Positions 28,505 through 40,599 of a stretch of 64,000 nucleotides of DNA are shown piece after piece. Below the pieces are notes generated by a model, which saw nothing but the letters and a program-made list of their open reading frames with translations, had not been told where the DNA came from and made no database searches. Where the stretch lies: positions 62,124,001-62,188,000 of the forward strand of contig OZ024740.1 in the NCBI GenBank assembly GCA_964016885.1, written 5' to 3'. This stretch comes from Eledone cirrhosa (Eukaryota). The position numbers and the translations under genes are program-made. How positions within the stretch are numbered: the first letter of the stretch is position 1; each line of letters opens with the position of its first letter.

Positions 28505-31500
28505 ACAAATAATGACTAGGATTATGTATAGTTCCTTTTAAACTGTTTGTTGTATTCACTCATGTTAATTTTCTTTAACTATTTGGGATTATAATCATCT
28601 TTTCATGTTGCCAGAACTTTTAAAATACCTGTTTTATATCATCAACATCACCAGCAATATCATCACCACCACTAGCAGCAGCATCATCATCATCACCCAC
28701 CCCAGTTTTCATCACCATCATTATTTTCACTACTTGTTTTTTTTTTTTTTTGGTTTGAATTACTTTTCCCATAATCAATGAAAATTAGCAATATATCTAT
28801 ATCTATATATATCTATTATATTCAAAGTTATGGATGACACACATACATATATACACACACCTCCAAATGATAGTTTCTTATGTAGAAATAAGTAGCTGTT
28901 TAAAAATCAAGTTTTTAAGAAAGTAAATATATTAGTATGATTGTATGTTTTTGTCTTTTAACCTGGGATTTTACAAATTGAAAACAAAACGTTGTTAGCA
29001 AGATAATGCATGGTAATATGCTATATATTTATATCTTACATGGAAGCTGTTGGAACAGGTAACTTCTGAATTTACCTGTTTAAGTTTATTGTAATCTCGC
29101 ATTTAAAGTAAAAATTTACTACACTAAAGAGTATTTCCAATAGTGTTATCACTATCATGTATTAAATTGATTGGTGTGGCTGGTGGCATTATTATTATTA
29201 TTATATATATGTCTAACCCATGCTAGTGTGGGAGATGGACGTTAAACGAAGATGATGTGTGTGTGTGTATACACATATAAAAAGCACCCAGTCCAACCTG
29301 TAAGGTGATAATGCTGGTGCCATGATGAAAATCACCCCACCCACCTTCCTGTAGGATGCTAGTGCTGGAGTCATGATAAAAATGCTCCCAGTACATGCTG
29401 TCGACTGGTTGGTGTTAAGAAGGGTATCTCGCCATAGAAACTAAACCAAAAGGGAATGTGTAGGCAAGACATGATCACCTGACTCGTTGAGCCTCAGAAT
29501 GTGACAACTTGTCTAACATATACAAGCATCAAAAATAAACATTACACAGTGGTGATGATGGTAATGACACATAAACTTAGGTATATAATTATAAACAAGT
29601 GCATTAATATATAGTGTTCAAGTTTTCATATCTTTTGCTTAATGTTATCAACTAGTTATTGTTATCAAAAAGACTGTTTCAAAGTGTTATGCAGCTTCCT
29701 CTGTATTATATGGAAATTCACAACAGAGTGAGGGACAGGAAAAGGATCTTCAGAGGCAGAACTCCCATCAAGCAAGTTTTTCAGCCCTTGATTCATTCTA
29801 ACACTCTAAGTGAGCTGAGCCCAGCTAGTTCATGACTCCTAGGTGTCCTCCTGCTGTTTTTTCTCCTCCATTCCTGTGATTTACACCACTTGACCACACA
29901 AAGACTGACACTTCACATCTATTTTAACAGTAATCAATGTTTGCGACTTGGTGTATCCTAACTTAGTTCCAGTTGTCATTCCTATTTGACCATAGCCACA
30001 TTGAACTTTTCTCTGCTGTCTCTGACATGCATTTGATTGTTACTGTTCTTTTCCGACCTTTGATTCAAGCTGACCTAGTAGTTGGCACATGAAAACTGTG
30101 ACAAATCATTGTGCACCAACTTCCACAGGCTTTATTATGCCTTGATACCCTTCTCTTGTCATCTTTCTAGCAAAATGTCTTCATACTTTCTCTTCTTGTA
30201 CTTATGTTGTGCATCTACAGGGCTCTCATAGGGGACTATCAACAAGCATGTTATGGCCATTTCCCTCTCTCTATCTAGCAAAGAGTATCTTTGCAGGTCC
30301 AATGATAGGTTTAATCAAACTCCTCATGAGGTCCGTTTTGAGGCAATCACAATAACCCTTTCGATAACAAACTGCATGAAATTAGCACTGATTCTACAAT
30401 ACTAAGCTGTTTAAAGTGTTTATTACCTAAAAACTTTCTACCATAATTTTATATAAGAACCATATGTCATGTCCCAAACTCCAGCTTAGTAATGAGAAAG
30501 TTAGTTGTATTACTACATCTCTTCATATGTCTTTCATTGTAAATATGATAACAATATACAGTCTAAATAACAAAGGACATAGTAATAGTGAACAAAAGGT
30601 GTTCAAAATGTTTTTTAGTTTGGAAAAATGGTTGCTGTAAGAAGAAAAATGGTTGCTGTAAGTTCAGTACTTCCCAGACAAATATGTAGAGATGGATATA
30701 TTCATGAACAGATAAAATCACAGAAGGTTAGCTTAGTAGTTTTATTAGTTTTATTTATGTTTATCTATATGCATAATATTTTAATTTTATAGTAGAGGTG
30801 GATGCCTTTCATTCCATCCAGTGGAGAAAATTTCTTGTTTCTTTAAAAAAAAAATGAAAAAGAAATGTAATGCTAACCAAACAATTTTATATAATTCTTA
30901 TTTACTGCTGGTTTCTGAAATGTAAAGTGAATAAAAGAAAGCCTCCATTAGAGGTTAACCTCCAATCAAACTGGTAATCTATTTTCCATCCAAGAAAATT
31001 GTTATTTTCATCATTATCATCTGTTTAGGTTAATTCTTTCTCCATGCTGGCATGGGTTGGTTGAGGCTTTTTGCAGTAAGAATACTATAGCTGGATACCT
31101 TTCTTAGTGCCAACTCTCATTTGTTTTTTAAGTAAGGTACATATTGTTGCACATATAATTGCTGAGTCGTGGGATTTCTATTTATGTGGGACACAGACAA
31201 ATATCACTGCCTGCGCTAACACTATCAACTGCATGGCAAAGAAACAGGCACAAGCAAACACATATATACACACACACACTCACACAATGGGCCTTGTACA
31301 GTTTCTGGATACCAAATTCACTCAAGGCCCAAACCACATTGTTGCAAAATGACCTTTTTAACCACATACCCATGCCTATTTTATCATGTTAAATTTGTGC
31401 AGATGAATAATATTTTCTTTTCAGCTGTAGAATACTCCCTCAAAACAGCTTTGTCAGTCATGGAAAATCTGATGTAAAAACAATGATGATGTAAAGTTAC

Positions 31501-32900
31501 TGATATTTTACCAAGCTTCTCCAAAAATTAACTGGAAGAAGCAAATAATATACTCATTAAAAATATAGCCCTAAAAGGGTTAAATATGACTTAAGGTAAA
31601 CTGACACCAAGCCCTGCTGCCCCAGCCATAATAGTTTTTGGAGGAGCCAATAGATTACAAAGCAAGTTAGTATTGCTGGTTTGTCATATGATAGATTTGT
31701 TGTTGATTCTGTCATTTTAGATCCCTATATCACCTCTTTACTCACTGCTATCAAAATTGAGATTGCCACCTCCAGGAGTGATCCTGCAAGTTGGAATGGC
31801 TATTTCAATGCATCTCCTTTGCTATCCTCTGGAGAAACACTTTCTCCATTCTGTCCACCAAGGCCATAAGGCAGCTTGTGCTTGGGTTCTGCACACCAGA
31901 TAGCGTTCTCCCACACTGAAGTAGTGATAGAATAGATTAATGATATCTACGACATCAGTCTCTCTCTCTCTCTCTCTACAATTATGATAAAAACTGTACA
32001 ATATACTTGGCATATTGAAGCACTGTTGTCCGCTATCCAGAGTAGAGAAAGATAACTAAATACCAGAGCTTAGCCAACTGCTCCCTTTTCGTACCAGTTG
32101 CTGTCGAGGCCTCAGGTGTCCTCTGTCCCCACACTGCTGGCTGTTGCAGCAGGTGTCACTGGCTATTTCCTGCAGCAATATCTTTGTCATTTTATCTGTG
32201 GGGCATAGCTGAAACACTGCTCACACTGGGGTGTAGTGTCAGTCACTCCCTCCCTCTCTCCTTTTCTTTCATTGCTTAATTCCTTTTTTATTGTTCATTT
32301 TTCTTCCTTTTTTTAATTTTTGTCTGCTTGTGGAACCGTAATAAGATATACAAAACCCTAAAAAGAAATAAGTCATTATTCAGTGTATGTACTGAAACAA
32401 TTATTGTAACACTTAATGACACTTAACCTCAATATGGTCTACATTTTGACAGCAAGTTCTCTAAATTGGGTGTTGGTAGTTCTAAAAGGAGTCTAATCAA
32501 AGAATTTGACAGGATGTAACAGATTTAAAAAGCCTTGTGTCTTAGAAGTTTGAGGTTTTGACCTTGACTAAACACATACACACAGGCATGCACACACATG
32601 TGTAGCAGCCTTTTTAGTGCTTGTACCATAATAAGATACATCCAGTATACTCTGGAACATGAGTAACACATGGTTCTCTGTCTGTCTACTGTAGATTCAG
32701 AATATATATATATATATATAGTAATAATAATAAATTTGAAGACTAAAATCCAAAGAGGGTTCGATAAGGATAAATATATATCAAATATATAAGAACCGTA
32801 GAGCAAATATTTATTAAAATAACAGATTAAAGGTTAAGCAAAGAATCGCTGCTTTCACCCTTAACGGGATCTTCTGAAACTCTTTGTTTCTGAAACTCTG

Positions 32901-32951
32901 AGTTTCAGAAGATCCCGTTAAGGGTGAAAGCAGCGATTCTTTGCTTAAACT
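32901..32951 (+). ncRNA. Type I hammerhead-ribozyme-like motif (U4A variant core) in the arm of a 74-bp palindrome
   Basis: Stem I agttt/aaact, core CAGAAGA, stem II ccc/ggg, GAAA, stem III agca/tgct, triplet CUU. Confidence 0.6.
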
Positions 32952-32988
32952 TTAATCTGTTATTTTAATAAATAAATATATATATTAC

Positions 32989-34298
32989 CATCATCATTTA
33001 ACATCTACTTTCCCTACTAGCATGGGTTGAACGGGTCTACATAGACCAAGTCAGTACGAAAACAGACTTACTGACCTCCCAGACAGGTTGAGGGTTCTGC
33101 ATCTCGTTTACATATGGTCTCATGTTTTACTGAGTGCACAGGAGAGGTTGTCATCAGTTGACATGACTAAAGGATCCTTCCAATCCTTTGTTTGGTCAGG
33201 CTTTCTATGACTGGATGCCGTTCCTATCACTAACCACTTTACAAAGGTTGTCATGTCATGACACAACTGAAGGGTCCTCTGAAGCCCCTCATCTTTTTAG
33301 GCATGGTTTTTACAGTAGTGTTCTTCCTGTCGCTAATCACCTTACAGGGTGTACTGGGTACATTTTGTGGCACCACTGTTAAAGATGTTGGTCCTTGTCC
33401 CAACGGAAGAGCCTGCTCTGCTCTTTGGGAGGCAGTTGATAGGAGGGAGATAAGTATGAAGTTATGGCAAATGTGGTGTGATTTGAAAGGGTGGTGAGTG
33501 GGGAAGGGGATGAGAACACCGAAGTGGTGGAAGTGGTGTGTATGGATTGTTTGGGCAATTGAAGGACCTTATTTCATGAGTGCTCTGGGTGCTTGCTTCT
33601 GTGTATCTGCTGTACACAAAGTCTATCTTTTCCTTTAGCCTGCCTATAATCCCACTACATTTCTTATGCATCCATAAATTACATTGTGTACTCCTTAATA
33701 AATTTCTGCTGACCCCTTTCTGTCATTTTGAACATGGCCTCTTCTCTGATGATATCACCCTCCTGTCTTTTTATTTTCGTCTTTGAAAAGTTTACTTTTA
33801 GTCCTTTCATCTCTAGGTTTTTCCATGCTTGAAATTTTGCCTCTAACTCTTCTACTGATTCCGTTATGAGGACTAGGTCATCAGCATATAGGAGCTCCCA
33901 TAAAGTGCCTGTTTTAAACTCCTCAGTGATGGTCTAAAATTTAGACCAGTCAACTCTTGTTTATCAGTCATTTAGACTCTAAATGACTGATAAACAAGAG
34001 TTGACTGAGGACTAAGCTTTGGTGGACCCCCACCTGCACTTCAAATTCATCACTGTACTCATTGCCTACTCTCACTCTGCTATACATAGCCTATAAGGCC
34101 CTCACAAGCTATTCATCTACACCAAGCTTCCTTATTAGTCACCAAATTAACGAGTATGGGACCCTATCAAAAGCTTTCTGTAGATCTAGAAATGCTAGAT
34201 ACAGTGGCTTACTCTTAGCTAAAGACCTTTCCTGTAGTCGTCTCACCAGAAAGAAGTAGTATTCCTACCTGGCATAAATCCAAACTACATCTCATCTC
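32989..34298 (-). mobile_element. Old degenerate RTE RT and 3' fragment
   Basis: Minus-strand remnants of YLAFLDLQKAFDRV, VGVHQ, WELLYADD and PHD; RTE 3'UTR and tail near 32990. Confidence 0.8.
33931..34007. repeat. Perfect 30-bp palindrome plus adjacent 8-bp palindrome inside an old RTE
   Basis: 33947-33976 and 33978-34007 are exact reverse complements; ggtctaaa-a-tttagacc at 33931-33947. Confidence 0.95.
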
Positions 34299-34303
34299 AC
34301 TTG

Positions 34304-34358
<55 letters not shown>

Positions 34359-34397
34359 ATGTGTATGGTGTGTATGTGTATATCTATATAAAACTAC

Positions 34398-34454
34398 ATC
34401 CTTGAAAAGGCTTGCTGAACACAAGCCGAAACGGCATGACACCATGGTTGGGAT
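34398..34454 (+). ncRNA. Type I hammerhead-like motif with U3-A8 covariant core
   Basis: Core UUGAAAA, stem II ggcttg/caagcc, GAAAC, bulged stem III closing on GUU, short stem I tcc/ggg. Confidence 0.55.
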
Positions 34455-34586
34455 TTTACATATCTCTCTCGTTCTCTCTTTCTAAAGTGAACTACAATGA
34501 AAAGACATAAAGCAAAACATCTTTGATGAAAGTTTTATGCTTGAATTAAATAAATGAGTATCTTTTACACACTCACATATATATAA

Positions 34587-34923
34587 TGGAGGCACATGGT
34601 TTAGTGGTTAGAGCATTGGCCTTGCAATCGAAAGGTTGTGAGTTCAATTCTCAGACCGGGTGATGTTGTTTCCTTGAGCAAGACACTTTATTTCACATTG
34701 CTCCAATTTACTCAGCTGTAGAAATGAGATGATAGGGACTGGGGCCCTATCATTCCACTGCAAAGTGGCCGTGGAGGTGCCACGGCAAAAAAGCACCCAG
34801 CACTCATTGTTAATGAGGTTGGTGTTAGGAAGGGCATCCAGCTGTAGAAATCAAACCAGAATTGGTTCCCGTCCCACCCTTGCATGCAGGGAAAAGCGGA
34901 CGTAAAATGATGATGATGATGAT
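34587..34923 (+). mobile_element. Young tRNA-derived SINE with CORE-like segment and RTE-derived tail (SINE-R)
   Basis: A box tggtttagtgg, B box gttcaattc, CORE-like ccttgagcaagacactt, then RTE-A 3'UTR sequence and (gat)n. Confidence 0.9.
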
Positions 34924-34934
34924 ATATATATATA

Positions 34935-37933
34935 TCATCTTCATCACCGTTTTACGTCCGTTTTTCCATGCGAGCATGAGTTAGACGGGTTGTCCTGTTG
35001 TGGGCAGTGTCTGGTTGGCTGACCATGCCTTGCTCATACAGGAACTGATTTTGGCTTGATTTCTACAGCTGGATGCCCTTCCTAACACCAACCTCATTTA
35101 CAGTGAGTGCTGGGTGCTTTTTTCCGTGGCACCTACACGCCCACTTTACAGTGTGGGCTGGGTGCTTTTTTGCCGTGGCACCTCCACGACCACTTTGCTG
35201 TGGGAGGGTGTGGGGGCATATTGTCTATATGCTTCAGCTTGTACCCATGGGAGGTCGGGTACTCTGTATTACTGCGTGACGCCAGAGGTCATGGTCGTGT
35301 GTCATCGCCTTTGAGAGGTGTAATTGGGTAAGGTCAGCTTTTATCACCTCATCCCAGGTCTTCTTGGGTTTCCCCACTCCGCAGTTTCCATTGACTTCTA
35401 GTGCTCTGCACCTTTTTATGCAGTTGTCATCCTTCATACGCATCACATGTCCATACCAACGCAACCGCCTCTCCTGCACACAGCATTTGATTCCTCTTAT
35501 GCTCAGTCTCTCTCTCAATTCATTTATGCCTTTCATTTTGAGGGAAAAGCCTTTTGCAGCTAGCACTGGCAGTAGTTTCCTGAACTTCTTCCATCCCGTT
35601 CTTACCCTAGTTATTGTACTTTCTGAACACCCACCTCCGCTGCTAATTCGGTCACCTAGGTAGCAGAAGCTGTCTACTGTTTCTACAGAGCCCTCTCAGA
35701 GATTGGTGGTACTTGTTTCTTGTGGCTGTTTGCTGCTTGCTGTCCCAGCACAGCTGCTACATGTGAAGCCTACATTCTTAATTAAGCTTCCTGAGATCCC
35801 GCTACATCTCTTGTGTACCCATTGTTTGCATTTGGGGCAGAGAATGGAGTTCCTACCTACACCTTTCCTACATACTGAGCAAGGCCATTTCCCTGAGGGG
35901 ATCTGGGTTCTGTTTTCTAGTCTACTTACAAGGACCTTAGTCTTTGTCAGGTTGACTTTGAGACCCTTTCTTTCTAGTCCCTGCTTCCAAGTTTGGAATT
36001 TATTCTCTAGTTCTCCCATAGATTCAGCTATAAGTGCGAGGTCATCTGCATACAGGAGTTCCCATGGGCATCCGGTCTTAAACTCCTCCGTTGTTGCTTA
36101 CAGGAGAGGGCTAAATACAGAGCCCTGGTGGACACCAACCTGTACGTTAAATTCCCCGCTATACTCATTGCTAATCCTAACTTTGCTGACTGCTCCTCTA
36201 TACATGGCTTGTACAGCTTTCACAAGCCATTCATCTATTCCTAGTTTTCTAAGAGCCCACCGGATTATAGCACATGGAACTCTGTCAAAGGCTTTCTCAA
36301 GATCGACGAATGCCAGGTAGAGTGGCTTACTTTTAGCTAGGTACTTTTCATGTAACTGCCTCACAAGGAAGAGGGCATCAGTGGTGCCTCTTCCTGGTAA
36401 AAACCCAAATTTCATCTCATCTAGTTTCACCCGGTCCCTAATCAACTGTGCTATAACTCTTTCTGTTACTTTCATGACCTGGTCCATCAGCTTTATACCT
36501 CTATAGTTTCCTCTATCTAGTGCATCGCCTTTACCTTTGTAGCAGTTGACAATGATGCTACTGCACCAATCTTTTGGTATGACACCTTCTAGTATTACCT
36601 GGTTAACAATACGTGTGGTTATAGTGTGACCTACAAACCCAGATGCTTTCAGCATCTCGGCAGCTATACCCGATGGACCGGTTGCCTTCCCCATCTTCAT
36701 ATCTTTGATTGCCTTACTTACTACGCTGCTGCTGACTTGTACTGCTGGCCCCTCTATAGGGTCTACTTGGGGTAGGGTCTCTTCTTCCCATGCATTCTCC
36801 TCATTTAGTAATCTATCATAATGGCTCTTCCATGCATCTTTCTTCTCAGCACTTGCGAGGATAAGCTCACCTTTATCATTCCGGATACACTTCTCTCCTA
36901 TGACATCACAATTCTCTCTGACACACTGCCTCGCAATTTTGAACACCTCCTGTTTCTGGTCCTCATGTTGCAAAACATGCTTGAATTTTCTATCCTCTGC
37001 TTCCCTCCTAGCTAAGTATACTTGTCGCCTAGCTTCCCTATTGGTCTCTATGTAATGTACCCTGCTTCCTCTGTTCTTCCATTCTTTCCATGCTTGTCTC
37101 TTGGCCTTAACTGCCTCATCTACCTTATTGTTCCACCACCAAATCACTCTCCTCCTGCTTGTGGTTTTACTCCAGATCTTTCTTCTCCAGGTTGGCCTCA
37201 GTTTCCAGGTTCGTCTAGTTCTGACCGTGAGGTCGCTGACAACTAAGCTATGTTGGGAGGTACATTCCTCACTAGGGAAGGCTTTTGTGTTTACGACCGT
37301 CCATCTGTCACGTCCTCTGATGAGGATAAAATCTATCTGACTAGAATGCTCCCCTGATCTATAGGTGATCAGGTGGTTGTCGGGTTTTTTGAAGTTTGTG
37401 TTACATATCGACATGTCATTGGCACCGCAGAATTCTAGAAGCATGAATCCTTCTTCATTTCTTGTGCCAACCCCATGGCCTCCATGGATTCTATTGAAGC
37501 CGTCACAGTGTTTACCTACGTGTCCGATAAAATCTTTTGCAATGATTAGGAAGTCATTGTCGTTTGTTAGAGCAGTAGTGTGCATTAGGGACTCGTAAAA
37601 CCTATCCTTAAGTTCGTCTGGCAAACCCGATTGGGGTGCGTAAGCTGATATTATTGTGGTAATTGTTTTATTCAGGACTAGTCTGAGTTTAATGATTCTT
37701 GCATTTACCCTGTTCACTGAGATTACTTTATCTACCCACTTGTCAGCTAGTAGAATACCTACACCACCCATCCCATCGTCATTTCCCACCCAGAAAAATT
37801 TGTAGCACTGACTTTTTCCTACAAGGTCTCTAGCAGACTCTCCTCTCCATCTAGTCTCTTGCACACAGCATACATCAATTTCCTTTCGCTCTAGCATCTC
37901 TACGATTTAACCTGCTCTTTCTTTCATTGTGCT

Positions 37934-37935
<2 letters not shown>
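34935..37935 (-). mobile_element. RTE-clade LINE (family A): EN plus RT, slightly 5'-truncated, with internal deletions
   Basis: ORFs 36098-37897 (VQETRW, SAYAPQ, QIDFIL, DLEKAFD, QGSVFSPLL), 35696-36019 (PHD) and 35234-35566 (RLRWYGH). 3'UTR and (cat)n tail near 34935. Both ends lie in (TA)n. Confidence 0.94.
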
Positions 37936-37971
<36 letters not shown>

Positions 37972-38037
37972 CCCAGAAATAGCCATTGAAACGGCCGTCG
38001 AAACGGCTTGAGCTCTGCCGTCGAGGTCATATTTTTT

Positions 38038-38070
<33 letters not shown>

Positions 38071-38601
38071 TCATGCAGGAATATACAATGAAATGGTGAA
38101 TTTAAAATGTAGTAGAACACACTTCAACTGTAACCACTTGTATTGGTTCAAGGCTAAATGGAACTACATATTTTGCAAATCTTCCGGCAAGAAAATTATA
38201 GCTATATAGTTTGTATGGCTTCATCTCCACTGCTAACTGTGAGAGTATCTTTATACATGATTTGTGTGTTGTTTTTGTTGTTGCTTTTTTTAAAAATTAA
38301 GTTTGGCTGCTTTTACTAATATTCTCTTCATCTAATTCCATTAAATTGTGTAGCTATCACTCAAGATTATAAAAATATTAGTCAGTTATTGTCAAATTGG
38401 AAATTTGTAAAGAGTGAAAAATGCTGAATTAATATATAACTTGACCTTGAATATATATATATCGACAGTCGATCGACAATCGTCAAATCAGACTGAGGAA
38501 ACATTTTCATGGGTCTTTCCAATTACTAATACTATCTATCGGTCACAACTCAAGGTAAAAGGAGCAATGTGAAAATATATAAAGTATCTTGCCCTTTATA
38601 T

Positions 38602-38945
38602 ATCATCATCATCATCATTTCATTTTACGTCCACTTTTCCCTGCTTGCAAGGGTGGGACGGGAACTGATTCTGGCTTGATTTCTACAGCTGGATGCCCTT
38701 CCTAACACCAACCTCATTTACAGTGAGTGCTGGGTGGTTTTTTGCCGTGGCACCTACACGACCACTTTGCAGTGGAATGATAGGGACCCCAGTCCTATCA
38801 TCTCATTTCTACAGCTGAGTAAACTGGAGCAATGTGAAATAAAGTGTCTTGCTCAAGGAAACAACACATCACCCGGTCTGAGGATTGAACTCACAACCTT
38901 TCGATTGCAAGGCCAATACTCTAACCACTAAGCCATGTGCCTCCA
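38602..38945 (-). mobile_element. SINE-R copy
   Basis: Near-identical; flanked by (TA)n. Confidence 0.9.
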
Positions 38946-39439
38946 TATATATATATATATAAAAATTAAATTGCTTTTAGGAAAATATTTTTTTTAATGT
39001 AAAACAAGACAATTCTTTAAATATATAGCAAATTGAGACATGAGATAAGTTTATTTATTTATTTTATTTTACATGATATTGATGTGGCCATTATAAGTAT
39101 GCTTTTTATCGAAATACAACCCATAGTCTAGGATGCGAACCATTCTTGTCCTTCCATACTGTTCATAACTGTTCTTATTTTGTGTCAGAGTTTTATAATT
39201 CTTGCTGATCCAATTCAATAACTTTTTTTTTCACTGCATCCACTATCAGATTAAAAGTCTAGCTTTTCTTGATTTATTTTATCATTATCATTATTTCGAT
39301 GAAATTCTGCAGGGGTGAATTTTGCTTTTTGCCCTTCTAGGTGCTTTATAATAAAGTACCAGCCAAGTACTCGGTCAGTATAATCAATTGTTCCTTCCTT
39401 GTAAAATTTCTTGCTTTCTGTCTTAGAAATGAATATTAC

Positions 39440-39600
39440 TACTTTCGTTCTGAGTTCAAATCCTGTTGGGGGTCAACTTCGCTTTTCCATCTTTCGAGGT
39501 AGATAAAGTACCAGTAATGCACTGGGGGTTGATTTAATCGACTTTCCCCTTCCCTTCAAATTGCTGGCCTTGTGCAAAATGTAGACACTATTATTATTAT
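39440..39600 (+). mobile_element. Older SINE-M-related copy with (att)n tail; further old copies near 2470-2610, 5770-5890, 7430-7550, 8175-8290, 12020-12175 and 59600-59730
   Basis: ctgagttcaaatcc..gtcaacttcgcttttccatc..gataaagtaccag motif. Confidence 0.7.
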
Positions 39601-40599
39601 TTGCTTTTCCTGCATGGCTAATAAAGAAACCATTATTTGCTCTTCCTTTGATGGAACATGTTCTGCTTCATTCTCAATATTGTGGTGTGGTGTTTTTGTG
39701 GCATTAATGAATTATAGCTGTGTAAAATTGTTGGTGTTATAGTCTCAAGTATCGAGTATGTAGAAATGTATGTTTTATTAGGTGTTGATTGTATATAAGT
39801 TGTGTGAATATTTGTTGTGTGCAAAGAATATAGTGTTTATGTTGTGTTATTGAATTTAAAATGTCTTGCATAAAATACTGGCTGTACTTAGATGGGCAAA
39901 TTTTTTGGAATTTGTGTAACACTCTGTGAAGTGATTGATGATCAGAAACAGTGTAGAGAGGACTCTATAGTCTTGACAAGAGCATGGCAACATTACTAAT
40001 GATTGTGCCACAATAAAATACACTCCGTGCATTCTGAAAAGTAATATGAACTAATTCGGTCCATAATGACCAATCAAACACATACCAGCATGGATAGTGG
40101 ATATAAAAGGATGATGGTGTTTGTATATGTGTATGCCAATTATTAACTAGGTATTTACTTTAAATGTACACGTGTCTGTAGAATGCTCAGCCACCAACCT
40201 GATAATTTCTTGAGCAGGCTGTTTCATTGATTGAATAACTAGAATATTCATTGTTGAAACCAATGGAGGTTCTTTCCAGCTGTTTGCTTACATTTAAGCC
40301 AGTACACAAGCAGACATGCCGATAGCTAAATCCCGCTCTCCCACTCTCTCATATGCTGGAATTTGAATGTGAATTTATCTGTTCTGTTGATTTTTCTAAC
40401 ACCTTTGATAGACATATTTGTAAATATAGATTTGTATGTTGCCATTTTGGAAACTAGTCATTAAATACTTAGCCATTCTTTCTCTTGCAGCTGAAAATAA
40501 CTGCTATATAACCCTGCCTGTGTGTATCTGTGAATCTTCTCTCACTTGTATTTCTTATTTACTCTCCTATGTCTTTCTTTGTCTCCCATTTTCACTTAC

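Noticed and set aside
28060-28513. Tandem segmental duplication
   Set aside because: Each copy has its own TSD and flanks are not duplicated, so these are independent SINE insertions.
31600-32260. Possible degenerate LINE ORF1/5' region
   Set aside because: No motif I can identify with confidence.
177-34445. Numerous 60-120 aa ORFs in the ORF track
   Set aside because: Low-complexity or repeat-derived, mostly non-ATG starts, with no recognisable host domains.
34587-34660. tRNA-like sequence
   Set aside because: SINE head with A/B boxes continuing into the SINE body; no complete cloverleaf or Pol III terminator.
38485-38520. CTGAGGA hammerhead core
   Set aside because: No stem II followed by GAAA downstream.
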